A DNA stretch of 64,000 nucleotides from NCBI GenBank assembly GCA_038496445.1, contig JALMLS010000540.1, positions 62,001 to 126,000 of the forward strand, in the 5' to 3' direction. Below the pieces are notes generated by a model. That model saw nothing but the letters and a program-made list of their open reading frames with translations. It was not told the DNA's origin and ran no database searches. The stretch is from Trichosphaerium sp. ATCC 40318 (lineage: Eukaryota; Protista; Tubulinea). Both the position numbers and the translations under genes were made by a program. Positions 53,001 to 64,000 of the stretch are shown here, piece after piece; position 1 is the stretch's first letter; each line of letters starts with the position of its first letter.

Positions 53001-54140
53001 TTATTCAAGTTGCATACTTTTCCACCATCCGCCATTGTTGAACATTACAATTCTGTACTTATCATCATCTCTTGATTCTACTCTTGTGATATGATCATTC
53101 CAACCAATTTGCCACCCTGCTATATAACCGCCACCATTGTTAGTATCTACAAGTACCCATTGGTTATTTACCAAAGCGAATGTTTGTGAGCTGCCGCTTG
53201 GATCAAGAGCAAGAAGGTGATGAGCATTTAGACCGCCGGAGTATTTACTAACATTAAAATCACCAGCAATAAATCTATTGTTTGAACCAAGTGTCCACGT
53301 GTTTCCTATGTTACCATTTGAACCTCCTGAAATATACTCGAACGTCTTTGTTACCGTATTAAACTCCATCAAGTGATGCCAACCGTTAGGGTTGATACAT
53401 AATAGGTGATCTTCACCCCATCTCTTGAACGCACCTACAACATATCTGTCACTTAGCGTGTTAATATTCCACCAAAATATCCTTCCGTTTGATGAACTTG
53501 AAAGAACATCCCAGGTACTCGTAACTGTGTTAAAGCGCATGACATGGTATCCCATTGATTTGATTAACACAACATAGTGTCTATTAGGATATAAAGAAGT
53601 GTCAAAGTTACCAGAGATGAGGATATCGGAAGCAGCTACATTTCCATTCGAAGCATACTGTATTTGTACGAAATGGAAATTATACACCGCACCACCAGTA
53701 CTTGTCAGCTCTAGCTTATATGTTGCGTATCTTCCGTCAGGGTTTGAAATAAGCAATGATTTTGCGAAGCTATGGAATCTACCAGAAACGTATTTGTCAC
53801 TTGTAGCTGTTGGCCAAAATCCAATTTTGTCGTTGCCCTTCGCTTGGTATCGCCACTCACCAGTTCTGTCTATCCACGCGAGCATCCACTTTTGTCCGGG
53901 TTTGATAAACAGGGTGAATGAAGCTGTTTGCGTGTATCCTAAGAACTCCATCGGGATGAATTTATCGGTAGCTTCAATGTGCCAGGTTTCGTATGTCCAA
54001 GGACCGCCGTATGTAAACATATCGTCGTTTCGCTTTGCTGTAATGTGAGTCGGTCCTCCAGAACCAGAGAAAACATCCCAGTACGCATAAGATGAAATAG
54101 TACAGAGTGAAAGAAGTAAGAGAACACGAGCCATTGTCAT
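53001..54140 (-). CDS. intronless secreted beta-propeller protein (FG-GAP/VCBS-like repeats of about 50 aa)
   Basis: Signal peptide MARVLLLLSLCTISSYA; about 6 repeats W-x4-D(K/R)(F/Y)-x2-G-x-F...LL-x-I-x-P-x-G...NG-x-I. Confidence 0.75.
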   Translation of the reverse strand: MTMARVLLLLSLCTISSYAYWDVFSGSGGPTHITAKRNDDMFTYGGPWTYETWHIEATDKFIPMEFLGYTQTASFTLFIKPGQKWMLAWIDRTGEWRYQAKGNDKIGFWPTATSDKYVSGRFHSFAKSLLISNPDGRYATYKLELTSTGGAVYNFHFVQIQYASNGNVAASDILISGNFDTSLYPNRHYVVLIKSMGYHVMRFNTVTSTWDVLSSSSNGRIFWWNINTLSDRYVVGAFKRWGEDHLLCINPNGWHHLMEFNTVTKTFEYISGGSNGNIGNTWTLGSNNRFIAGDFNVSKYSGGLNAHHLLALDPSGSSQTFALVNNQWVLVDTNNGGGYIAGWQIGWNDHITRVESRDDDKYRIVMFNNGGWWKSMQLE

Positions 54141-54801
54141 TGTGAGCCTTCCTATGTTTTTTTGTGATTTTGGATGTTTTTTTCTCGGCCTTTCTGGGTT
54201 TTGTTCACCAACAAGGTGAGCGTTAAAATTGCCAAGCGTTAAAAGAGTAGCCTTTCGTTTGTAGATATCTCTTGTACAATATAACGCGGGGTACTTGAAA
54301 AAATAGCACAAAAATATAGAGTGTTCTCGTGAAAGTATGTGCGTACCAACCCAAAAATGTGTAGCACGTGATAACTATTGTTGGGTCACTCAACTTTTAC
54401 AACAAGTTAGGTACACTTGTCATAGCTGAAACTAGGTACCGGCGGCCTATATTGATAGTTCAGTTAAACAATGCCATGTACCTTTTTCTGGTTGTTGTTA
54501 TTTGAGACTTAGCAAATAGACGCCAGTTGCTAAATCCACCCGTTTTGTTTCTCGCGAACGAACGAGATTTTACGTGAGCCTGAAAATGTAAGAACGGGTA
54601 ATACCCATTGACAAACGCTACCATAGTGACATATAAATGATTTAGAGAAAGATGAGTGATCGTGGTATTACGTGGTGTTTGCTTTTTAAACAACTTTCAC
54701 TGATTTTTCGTACGAAGGCAAAAAAGTAAAGATAGTTTAAGGTTTTAACCGGCACTGTAGTTATTGTTATGCAGTTGTTTATTTATGTAAAAATTGAGAG
54801 T

Positions 54802-56676
54802 CTAAGCTACTTCTACTGCTGTTCCATTTTTTTTTGGTGTTCGCAAATAGTACGGAATGACGTTTTTAGTGACAGACTACAAATGACAAGTTAGTCAGAA
54901 AAATAATCAAAATACTAAAATGTTTGTCTAAATATACAACGTACAGGTACTTTTTTAACTACAACAGCTATACCTATAGCTATTGCAACTACCAAAATAC
55001 ATGACATAACGATCAAGAAGTATACCCACCAACTCCAACACTTGTTTTTTGTTGAAATCAACATTGAGAATTTAGTTGATGTCCAAGTATCTTTATGCTT
55101 TGTTTCAATACACTTATCATTCGAACCCACTGTGATAGACGAGAATCCTTTTTCAACAGCAGAACTACAATTGAAACGTATCAATGTAAGTTCTACATCC
55201 TCAGATCTACTCGATCCTGTATCAACAACAATAGAGCTTCCTGAAGGATCAAAACAGCCTATGTAGTAAAAGAAGATTAGCAGGGTTTTTTTTTCAGATG
55301 TCGTTGCTGTTACCAGTCACATTAAGAACGCCGTGAGAATGAAAGGTCAACGTGTGATTTGGATTAAGAGCAAGGTCACCATAAACGACAACTGGAGTGA
55401 AAAAATCTGCCGTTAACGGAATCAAGGTAGGTTCAATAGGTGCTACCGGAGGTTGAGTGTCATTTCCTGGCACAGACGAAGGCACTGGAGGAACCTCAGT
55501 GGGAGCCTCAGTAGTAGCTTCAGAAGGTACTTCTGTTGCCATGGTTGGAGGGATTACATCCTCCGTAGGACTTTGAGTAGTTGGTGAAGACAATCCAGTA
55601 GGCACAGGTAGTTCGAAAGATCTAAGCATTGAAGAATGAATAACAAAAACAGGTATCAGTTTTAAGTTGTACGTTTGTTGTTTAGAAAATCTTGAATCAG
55701 TTATGGTATTTACTGCATTAAAGGTATCAGGGAATGAGGGCTGAAACCCAGATTGTTCAAAGTCAAAGTGGAATAATAAGTTATTAGTTGCTTGGTTATC
55801 ACCTATTGCTATATCTTCGATTGCACCCTCTCGTAAAATATATGTTGCATTCCATATACGCAGTTCATCCATTTCGCGCTTTGTCTGATAAGAAAATACA
55901 GAAATCGTAAACAGCAGGCATGTCCACACGTACGCTGAATCCGTTCCTGAGACCACCATTTTTCTTAAACCCTGCACCAATAATAAACGATTCCTAATAA
56001 CCCGTTAGCATATTCAAACTAGTTGAGCTCATACAGATTCTCCAAAACTAAAGGCAGGTATGTCTTGTCGTTCGCCGTTTCCAGAACCTTCATTTGCAGA
56101 ATAAACATAGAAATAAATATTTTCCTCAGTACGAGAAAAAAGTACATAAACCTGAAAAAAAAACCACGTTAACAAGTTATAAAAACACCAACATTTTCTG
56201 GTTATTGTTGTACCCATTCATCGTTGGGTATGCTTCCGGTCATTTGGTATCCAGCAAGTGAGTTCGTTACTGTATCAAAGATTTCAATAAACAAGTGGTC
56301 ATCCTTTATACCAAAAGTAGTCCCTTCGTCGTCATCGTTGTTGCTGTCGGTTTGCATTATCACATACCTACAACTCCCACAGGTTGTTCTAAATCAAGTC
56401 AATGCGCAAGTTACGCTATCGTTCACATACTTAATCCACACGCCAAGCGATAACATTTCATACGACTGAATATCATAGTTTACCCTGATAGCTCCATTGT
56501 TACCATTTCCTTCACCGCCGTCATTGGTAAATACAACAGCTTGATCACTTGGATATCCTAAGAGAAACTCACTTTGTCTTTTCGTTCAACCGCCATGGAG
56601 TTATACTGAGCGTACCTACGGCGTTGTCGAGCGAGAATGTAACGAGAAAGAATAGTATACAGCAGTATCGAAACAT
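54802..56676 (-). CDS. single-pass surface protein: LamG/ConA-like head, P/T/E-rich linker, shared stalk, TM; multi-exon
   Basis: Signal peptide MFRYCCILFFLVTFS; MDELRIWN...LLFHFDFE (LamG-like C-terminal signature); stalk VVYGDLAL...LNVTGC; TM WWVYFLIVMSCILVVAIAIGIAVVV. Confidence 0.75.
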
Positions 56677-57252
56677 TTTGATGTCGTTATCACGTGATCT
56701 CCGGTCAGTATTCAGAATGTTTGAAATTTTTTATATATGCTGTACTCGCTTGTAGCTGCGTTATGTTGCTGAAAGAAGGGAAAAACCAAGCACTAGCGTT
56801 TAACCTATCAATGCTATACTTCGCTACTAGCCTATATATACTATTATTGTAGGCCCTATACAAACGAAAAAGGAAAGTTCTCCGTTGAATTGTAATTCTT
56901 AAGAAGATCTTTTTTGGACTTTTAAAACCCTTTGGTTGTGCAGTTTTTAAAACGAAAAGAATAGCCGTACTTTAAATGTGCGTAGTGAAAAACAAACACG
57001 TGTAATACAACGAATGTCAACAATATTAAACTCAGCATTAATCTGCCCTAGTTTTAGCGAAATTCGCGCCTAAAAAAACTGTACAGCCGGCTTAGTGTAG
57101 CGTTAAAAATTGGCAAAACGAAATGCAGGTAACTCAAAAACAAACAAGCAAACGAAAGAAAAATGTACATGTATTTACATTGCAATATACAAATAAACAA
57201 AAGCAACAACATTGCTTTTTCTTTTTTTCTCTTTGACCAACATACGGCCATT

Positions 57253-58829
57253 TCAAACCAAAGTACAAGCGACACCTTTTTGTTTTTTAAACTCCTCACG
57301 TATTAATCTCGAGAGAAGCGTCAAACTAAAACCAATAGCCTCAGCTTTCTCTACAAGGCGCTCTAATACACTAGGTACAGAAGGATCTTCCCTGCATTGC
57401 ATAGAAGCAATGCTAAAAAGGGATTCTCCTGCTGCAACACCTGTTTTAAGAAGCGTAGTACCGATTTCCATCGTTCTTATGCATTCTTCACGAATGCCAA
57501 GATTACGAAGGATCTCGGCATCTTTTTCAATGTTGAGAGCCTTGATATATGCGCGTAGACTAGGATCAATAGGTTGCTTTGTCTAGAAAGGGAGTCAGAA
57601 TAGATATTTCGAAAAGTCAAAAAAATTCAAGAAAAAAAAATATGTAACGAACCTGTTTCCAGTGTAACCAATCATACCACGCCATATCCAAACGATCTGG
57701 TAGCGTGTACGCGTGATCAATAGGCACAAGGCCAGGTTTCTTGCCATTATTTTTTTCAATGACAAGAATGTTCTCATTGTTTCTGTCCATATTACACATG
57801 CGTATATCAAGCTAAAGCGGAGTATTAGAAATAAATTTTCGGAAAACTAGGCCTTTTAAAGAAAAAAAGCTGCAAAATCTTTGTTTTTCGCTTTATCAGC
57901 GTTTATTTCTTTAAAAAAATACTGCAAACATACCTGAGCAATATTATGGACATCGTCTTTATCAAATCCAGAGGTGCTGGCTTCTCCGACTTCTCCAATG
58001 TTATTTACAAAGTTTTGTAGAGACCCTGTTTTGCTCTTAGATTCTGTGTCATCTGTTGTATAGAATTTCTCGTGCGATAGCGTTACCAAACGCGTAGAAG
58101 GCACCTGTTGAAAAAAACGGTTTAGTTTGAAGTTTTCGAAGGTTTTTGTTTTAATGTAAAAAAACAGAAGGAAGAAGTAAGGAGGAGAGACGTAGAGGTG
58201 TTTTTATACTCGGGTGCTTGAGTGCTTAAAAAAGAAATATGATTTTTTTTTTGGCTTTTTTGACAAAATGTCGTTGTATTGATAAAAATCGTACCTTGGC
58301 TCTGTTATTATGGTCTAAAGCGTAAGCTGCTACTTCTCTGATGGCACCCTCACCCGGATGAATTCCACTCAATGGTTTAGCTTCAAGTGCTTTCTTTGGG
58401 TGATTTTTAGCGCCTAGCTCTTCGTCCTGGGGTTTAAACATCCAGGCCTTTTCTCCTTTCTTATTCCGCAAAAAGTAAGTACCACCAAGCCCCTCGTTGC
58501 ATAATTCGGGTTCGTGTAGTGACAGGGCATCGCGTACTTCATCATTGTCGAGTTGGTTAGTTCTAACGAAACTTCTTGTTGAACTTTCTTTTGGCGATTC
58601 TTTTAGCGCCAAACAAGCTTCAGGTGCAGTTATACGAACTGAGACACCAAGGAAGCGCGTTAAATTGTATTCTTTGGTTGTAGCGCAGTACGTTAATTCA
58701 CCACCTCGTGATGGAGCTACGAGGCAAACGGCGCCTGGAAGCAGTAGTGTAATGGCAAGTTTCATGCTGTAGTTGATTCGGTAGTGAGTTTGTGAAAGTC
58801 ATGGTAGCTTGTGCTGCCGTAAGGCCCAT
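57253..58829 (-). CDS. type II (gamma-like) phosphatidylinositol 4-kinase; multi-exon, start uncertain
   Basis: GLGGTYF, FKPQDEE, GEGAIREVAAYALD, GSLQNFV, DRNNENIL, PIDHAYTLP, WLHWKQ. Confidence 0.9.
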
Positions 58830-59642
58830 TAAAGGGTGGTTGTAGTCATAGTTGGCGTTGTAAAAGAATGTTGAGGTGTTGTTGCTTGTGTGGGGACGTG
58901 GGTTTATGAAGTTTTGACTTCTCTGAATCAAAGCAAAGAAAAGTGTCCCAGAAATTAACGAACTCAGCACTAGATTGAATCGTAAAAACTATTGAAAAGT
59001 ATAGAGATTGAAGTCAACTCATTATCGCGTGACTAGTCACCAAAAAACAACGTGGCAGTTCAAAAAAACTTGAATTTTCTCTGGATTCTTCGTAGTAAAC
59101 ATGTACTTACGATTGTAGATTGATTGCAGAAACGTATAAGAAAATTCTGTGTCTTCTTGTGACGCGTGAAGTTTACGTTTCTTAGTCATCAATCGGCGAA
59201 ACTTTTTGAACTAAGCGCCATCGCGTATATACTCCAGGTAGTTGTATGACATGAGCAGTATTTAGCGCACATTGCATTATAGCGCTATTTGCGTGGAAAC
59301 TAGTGGAATACGCGATATCTACACTACCAGCGTTTAAACAGATACTTTTAAGTACTTGTGCTTCGCTATATGATATCGCTGCACTGATTGCCCGGTACTT
59401 CCTTCTGAGCGGTTATTTTATTTACGCGGTTATCTCGATACACTACTGCTTAGCTATCTGCGAAGTAAACTAGCTGCCGTTAAAACATACTTTTGTTGGC
59501 GGCAGATTTGCTCATCTTTTTTTGACACTTACTTTAAACTGCAATACTAGTCACCTACGCTCAAATAAAGATCATGTCATATCCGCTAACGAATTTAGTA
59601 CACAACAAACAGAACTTTTGTTTTTGGTAGTTTACATTTTAT

Positions 59643-62241
59643 TTACTTTACAATTTGAGCTTGTGTGGTAGACATTACAGGCATATTACCAATGCGTAAC
59701 GAACTGCCTAAAACATTCTGAGTACTACACGTAACTTTTTGGCAATTTTTTTACAAGCTACGTACCTAGTGCAGCTGGTTTACAACCAAGTGATGACGAA
59801 GGGGTATATGAAGTGTCGAGTTTCAAATCAGACCTGCAAAAAACCGTTTTAAACTGTTTTTGCAGCCGAAAAAAAAAAATTGATCAAAAAAGTTGTTTAT
59901 CCATTTTTTGAGCGTACTTGAAGAATTTAATTGTCGACGCTAGGCCATTCAAGTCACCAGGTACCCACCAAAATGGAATAGGTACAAAGGTGATTCCTAA
60001 AGCGAGTTACAAAACAAAGAGAATAACAAACTTTTTTGAAAATAACAAAAAAGTTGACAACAAAAAAACCGTCGAACCATTCTCTTTGCAAGCTGTTTCC
60101 TTCTCTAAATCTCTTGCTTGTTGTATCCTTGATGATCCAAAAGCGTACATGTCGTCATAATGATGTTCCCCTTGGTATTCAAGAGCAATATCAGCACCTG
60201 TAACAAAGACATCGAAACAAAGCGCTTGTCCGCTACTAGAGAATAAAAACCCCGGTGTATACTCTTCTAAAATATCGTGTTTTGGAAATAGAGACCGTGT
60301 GCATAAGTACAGAATCCTAGATACGTATGAACAACACTAGAGTGGAGAAATAATCGAAGTGGCTTTTTTTGGAACAAAACAAAATTAGTGTCCGAAACTC
60401 ACCTTTGTTTCGCTCGTTTATCCCTTGAAAAGAATGATTGTAATGTCCATGAGTGGTTTGGGTATGTATCTTGGAATATAAAAGGTAATTGCTTTATGAG
60501 ACCATGTCCACCACTTGTTCTTATGTCTTTTTTCGAAATTCTATACCAATCTTCTGTAGCATTTACTTGACGTGAGGAAGCAATTTCCTTCATAAAGTCT
60601 GATACGTTACAACTATCTTTCCAAAAAGATTTAGGTACTGAGCCATCTAAGAGTGCCGTTAGTGCTTAAACGAAAATATTTGAAGGCAACAATAGTTCGG
60701 TTTTTTTGGACTCAAAAGAAAATTGTACCTAAAGACCATTTATGCCACGGTTTCTCCGGATAGAATTTTCGCAACATTATCGCCACTGAATTACCAAAAA
60801 GTCTACACCGCAGATTAACAAGAAGGTCATTACCATTATTTCGAATATTGTACTTTAGAAAACCGCTACCATTATCTTGTTTGACTTGTTGTGTTGATAC
60901 TTTATGCCAGTCATCTAAATTTTTAATATTCAAATGTGCCTCAAGCTACAGAATAACAGTCAACAACTATAATAACATAACCTAAAGCTCGTACATGTCT
61001 TATGTATTCATCCAAATTTTGATTGCGCCAAGTACTTCTGGATGCATTTGCTGTAAACTTGTAAGAACAATGACTGGCAATGTTTCGTACCAAACTTCCA
61101 AGGGAGCCACTTATGTTCTGGGTACATATCTTGTAGTGCAGCAATAAGTGAACTGTCATAATATCTAACCAAACAAGTTAGATCCAGAGCACTTGTATAG
61201 TGCGATACCTTAAGATGTTTGAACCGCCGTTTGTACTGGACAACTTGCTTGTAGTAACACTATACCAATCCTCCATTGTTTTGACACCAAGTTCGTCTTT
61301 TACCTAATTCCATTGTAAATAATGAAAAATGATATTAGAACTCCCGTACTGAATCCAAGAATTTACGTCTATTCTCAGTCGATACCCAGAAGTGTTTTGG
61401 TGAAGAGCCTATGCAAAAAAATTAAAAAAAGGAAACGAGATTTAATTAAGTGAATCAAAATTTGACACATTGTGACACGTACGAAAATGCCATGGTTTCC
61501 AGTCATAATCAGGGTATATATAGCGAACCAAACGTATGACCGAACAGTTACAATGACTAAAGTAAATAAATATTTAGAAACAAGATATCACCAATAAAAA
61601 AAGAAAAAAAATGACTCTGAATTAGTACGTTTTGAGAAGTCCAGGACCACCAGCTTTAAGGATTGTCCTGTATTGCACGTTGTACCAATCACTAAGTTTG
61701 TTTATTTTTAATTTCTCCTCAACCTGAAAGAGGAGCATTAGGGTTTACTGCGGTGCAAATTAGCATTTACGTTTCTTGTCCAAAGAGTAATATTATCCGT
61801 TAACTCCCAAAATCCTACTTGTGGCCTGACTAGAACCAACCAGGGTTAATAGGCAGAGAACTAATTGATTCATGAGGTACAAAATTGCCAAGAAAGCCAA
61901 GTGTGGTCAGTGTACACTTCTGTTAAAAGATTTTGTAAAGAGAAATTAAATCGCCTGAGACGGGCTGTTAGGTACGCTATGGTAGATTCTTGAAGGTACG
62001 CACGATAAAACTAGGCTACCAGAAACGTCTAGTACGTTTTTTACCGTATAATTATACCAATCATCAATGTGTTTAATGGAAAACTTATTTTCGAGCTGTT
62101 TAAAGGTTGTGAGATTGGGCATGAGTCAAAAACACTCACATCGATAATATAAGTCTTTAAAAACGCTGCTCGGTGGGGTTTTGAGTATTTACGGTGTTTT
62201 GAGTGTGATTGTTGCTTTGTTAGAATTTTACTAAAGCGCAT
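59643..62241 (-). CDS. Trp-rich tandem-repeat protein (DWY...GGxGL...YPxxxWxxWxF...FW) with a C-terminal RAP/PD-(D/E)XK-like domain; multi-exon
   Basis: About 5 repeats (DDWY, SDWY, EDWY, DDWH, EDWY). The C-terminus reads LCFDVFVTGADIALEYQGEHHY...ARDLEKETACKENGITFVPIPFWW. The N-terminus is basic and acid-free. Confidence 0.78.
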
Positions 62242-62609
62242 TTCGCTATCGTTGAAATATCCTCAAACGCATACTAAATTAAGCGTAAATACGCAACCAC
62301 AGCTGTAGGTGTTGAAAGTAATTGTCAAACTACATAAAATACGATATAAGCACACCTTGAGGTATATTTGGACCTCTGCTTGTAACAAAACAGTGCACCT
62401 TCATAGGCTACATAAACTGTCAACGACTTTCTAAAGATGTTGGTACGTACTGTAATCTGTCGTGTCACTGTAGGTAATTGCCACCTTGTTGGTACTTTTA
62501 CTCTTTGGTCAGTGAAGGCAATGCAACCATTGTAGTATTTCAACTAATGGAACGCTGAAGACCAGCAGCGTTCTGAACCATACTAAACCACTACAACCAA
62601 TAGTACAAC

Positions 62610-62870
62610 ATGGAAAAACCAGTCAACACTGCACATATATCTATCAAGACGGTAGAAGGCGGTACAATCACCGTTTGTATTGATACAGCCTCCACCATTA
62701 AAGTTGTAAAACAAACAATCCAAGACCAAGAAGGCATTCCCGCACATCAACAACGCTTAATCTTTGCTGGCAAACTACTTGAGGACTCTCACACAGTTTC
62801 CGACTACAATCTAAACTTTAACTCCACAATACATCTAAAGCTGGTCTATAAAAGTGAAGGCAAAGTGTAA
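62610..62870 (+). CDS. intronless ubiquitin-like protein lacking the C-terminal Gly-Gly
   Basis: [23 protein letters not shown]...SDYN is close to ubiquitin, but the protein ends [13 protein letters not shown]. Confidence 0.85.
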   Translation: MEKPVNTAHISIKTVEGGTITVCIDTASTIKVVKQTIQDQEGIPAHQQRLIFAGKLLEDSHTVSDYNLNFNSTIHLKLVYKSEGKV

Positions 62871-63465
62871 CATGCAATTTTAAAAAACAAACTATTAATA
62901 AATTATTAACTCCCATACTGGCCGTCTCAACTCTTTTTTGTTTTCAATGCGGCATTGACTTCATATCAATCACGAGCACAATGTATACAAAACAATACAT
63001 CACGTGGTTTTACATAAGTTATAAAAGATGCGCTAAGGTGACTTCAAAAAGTCATTCTGTGAAGGATGTTGGACTGCAATGATCACAAAAGAGGTTGAAC
63101 TTCCGTCTATACCATCTCAGGCCTTGTAGCTACAATATACGAATAGTATAAAACACGTAAAATGCTACTGAGCGAGAAAAAACGGATTCCGTTAATATCA
63201 AAAATAAACTACAATTTCGGTTTTAAAACTTTGAAAACTGGAGTTACGTGCTTAGACAACAACCAACTCATTTGCACTTCTCCAATACGAACTCACTACC
63301 ACGATCGTGGAGCGAAACTGGTAGCTGTTAGGCTAATTTATATTGCCTATCACAGATTAACGAAAAAAAAAAGCGAACCAGTTTTCACAGAAGATCACAT
63401 TTTTTATTCCATTGTTTTAAAAGTACCGCAAGTGACTCGCAGGTGCGAGCATTACTTCTACATAC

Positions 63466-64000
63466 ATGTCAGAGTCCTTTACGTACTCTCTAAAGTCCGA
63501 AAACCAAAATGTTGGCGTATTGGAACGTTTGGATGTACAGGTGTTGGTATCGGGATTTATAGCTACTACAAGCGTATTGATGACGTTTTACAATGAATCA
63601 GGCGAAGATAAAGAAGTTGACGTACGACATGCCCGTTTAGCGCTAGTAATTTACAATGAGCGTAGCTAGAGTTCCCACTACCTACTGATGCTCAAGTGAT
63701 CGGCTACGCAGTTGATATTGATGGTAAACTCGTAAACGCCGTTATAGTTGAGGTATGTTGCTCGACGCGTTCGTGTAGGTCTTTAAGACAGCTATACGTT
63801 GCATACGTCACGAGCGTTAAATATCTATACTGACAAGTCCAAAGCACGACACTGCACGTATAGCGTTTGAAGCTGAAGACAGAAAAGTCATCAAAGACCG
63901 TTCGACAAAATCTGGAAGGGCAGCCACTTACACAGTAGCAGAACGCATCTCAGGTAATTGTTTTAGGACTAGAATATATCCATTCCCGAAGAAAGGCACG
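63466..64000 (+). CDS. VIT (vault/inter-alpha-trypsin) domain protein, N-terminal part; continues beyond the window
   Basis: VSGFIATTSVLMTFYN...LEFPLPTDAQVIGYAVDIDGKLVNAVIVE...ARIAFEAE...GNCFRTRIYPFP. Confidence 0.8.

Noticed and set aside
55270-55285. AGAAGATTAGCAGGG resembling the U6 snRNA core
   Set aside because: It is the reverse complement of an intron branch-point/acceptor region, and the flanks do not match U6.
12522-58829. PI3K and PI4K in the same window as a functional cluster
   Set aside because: They are about 40 kb apart with unrelated genes between them; co-occurrence is probably chance.
63994-64000. GGCACG as another GC splice donor
   Set aside because: It reads in frame as Gly-Thr of the VIT motif YPFPKKGT.
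1-64000. tRNA genes or an alternative genetic code
   Set aside because: No cloverleaf with a T-loop GTTCGA context was found; apparent in-frame stops are explained by introns, and TAA, TAG and TGA all terminate genes.

Overview
AT-rich (roughly 35% GC), gene-dense eukaryotic DNA with many short spliceosomal introns (about 40-90 nt, often with GTAC donors). Gene content suggests an amoebozoan-like protist (inference). The window starts in the 3' end of a Ty3/Gypsy LTR retrotransposon and then carries about 23 protein-coding genes, which I reconstructed by splicing by eye, so exon boundaries are approximate. They are: a secreted beta-helix protein, F-box-LRR and F-box-MORN repeat proteins, four surface proteins sharing a stalk domain, class I PI3K, a 4CXXC zinc-finger protein, a BVMO, an AMP deaminase with two tandem domains, an RBD-filamin-ankyrin unit, a JmjC protein, a secreted kelch protein, MRM1, CAF-1 p60, a small membrane protein, an intronless secreted propeller, type II PI4K, a Trp-rich repeat/RAP-like protein, a Ubl lacking GG, and a VIT protein. 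The most notable observations are: (1) an intact 5S rRNA gene inside an enlarged intron of CAF-1 p60; (2) an active AMP deaminase domain fused in frame to a catalytically dead copy, possibly with upstream Ras-binding, filamin and ankyrin modules; (3) a modular surface-receptor family with interchangeable lectin-like heads on a common stalk; (4) two F-box proteins with giant-virus-like hypervariable repeat arrays; (5) strong CACGTG enrichment and recurrent GC-AG introns.
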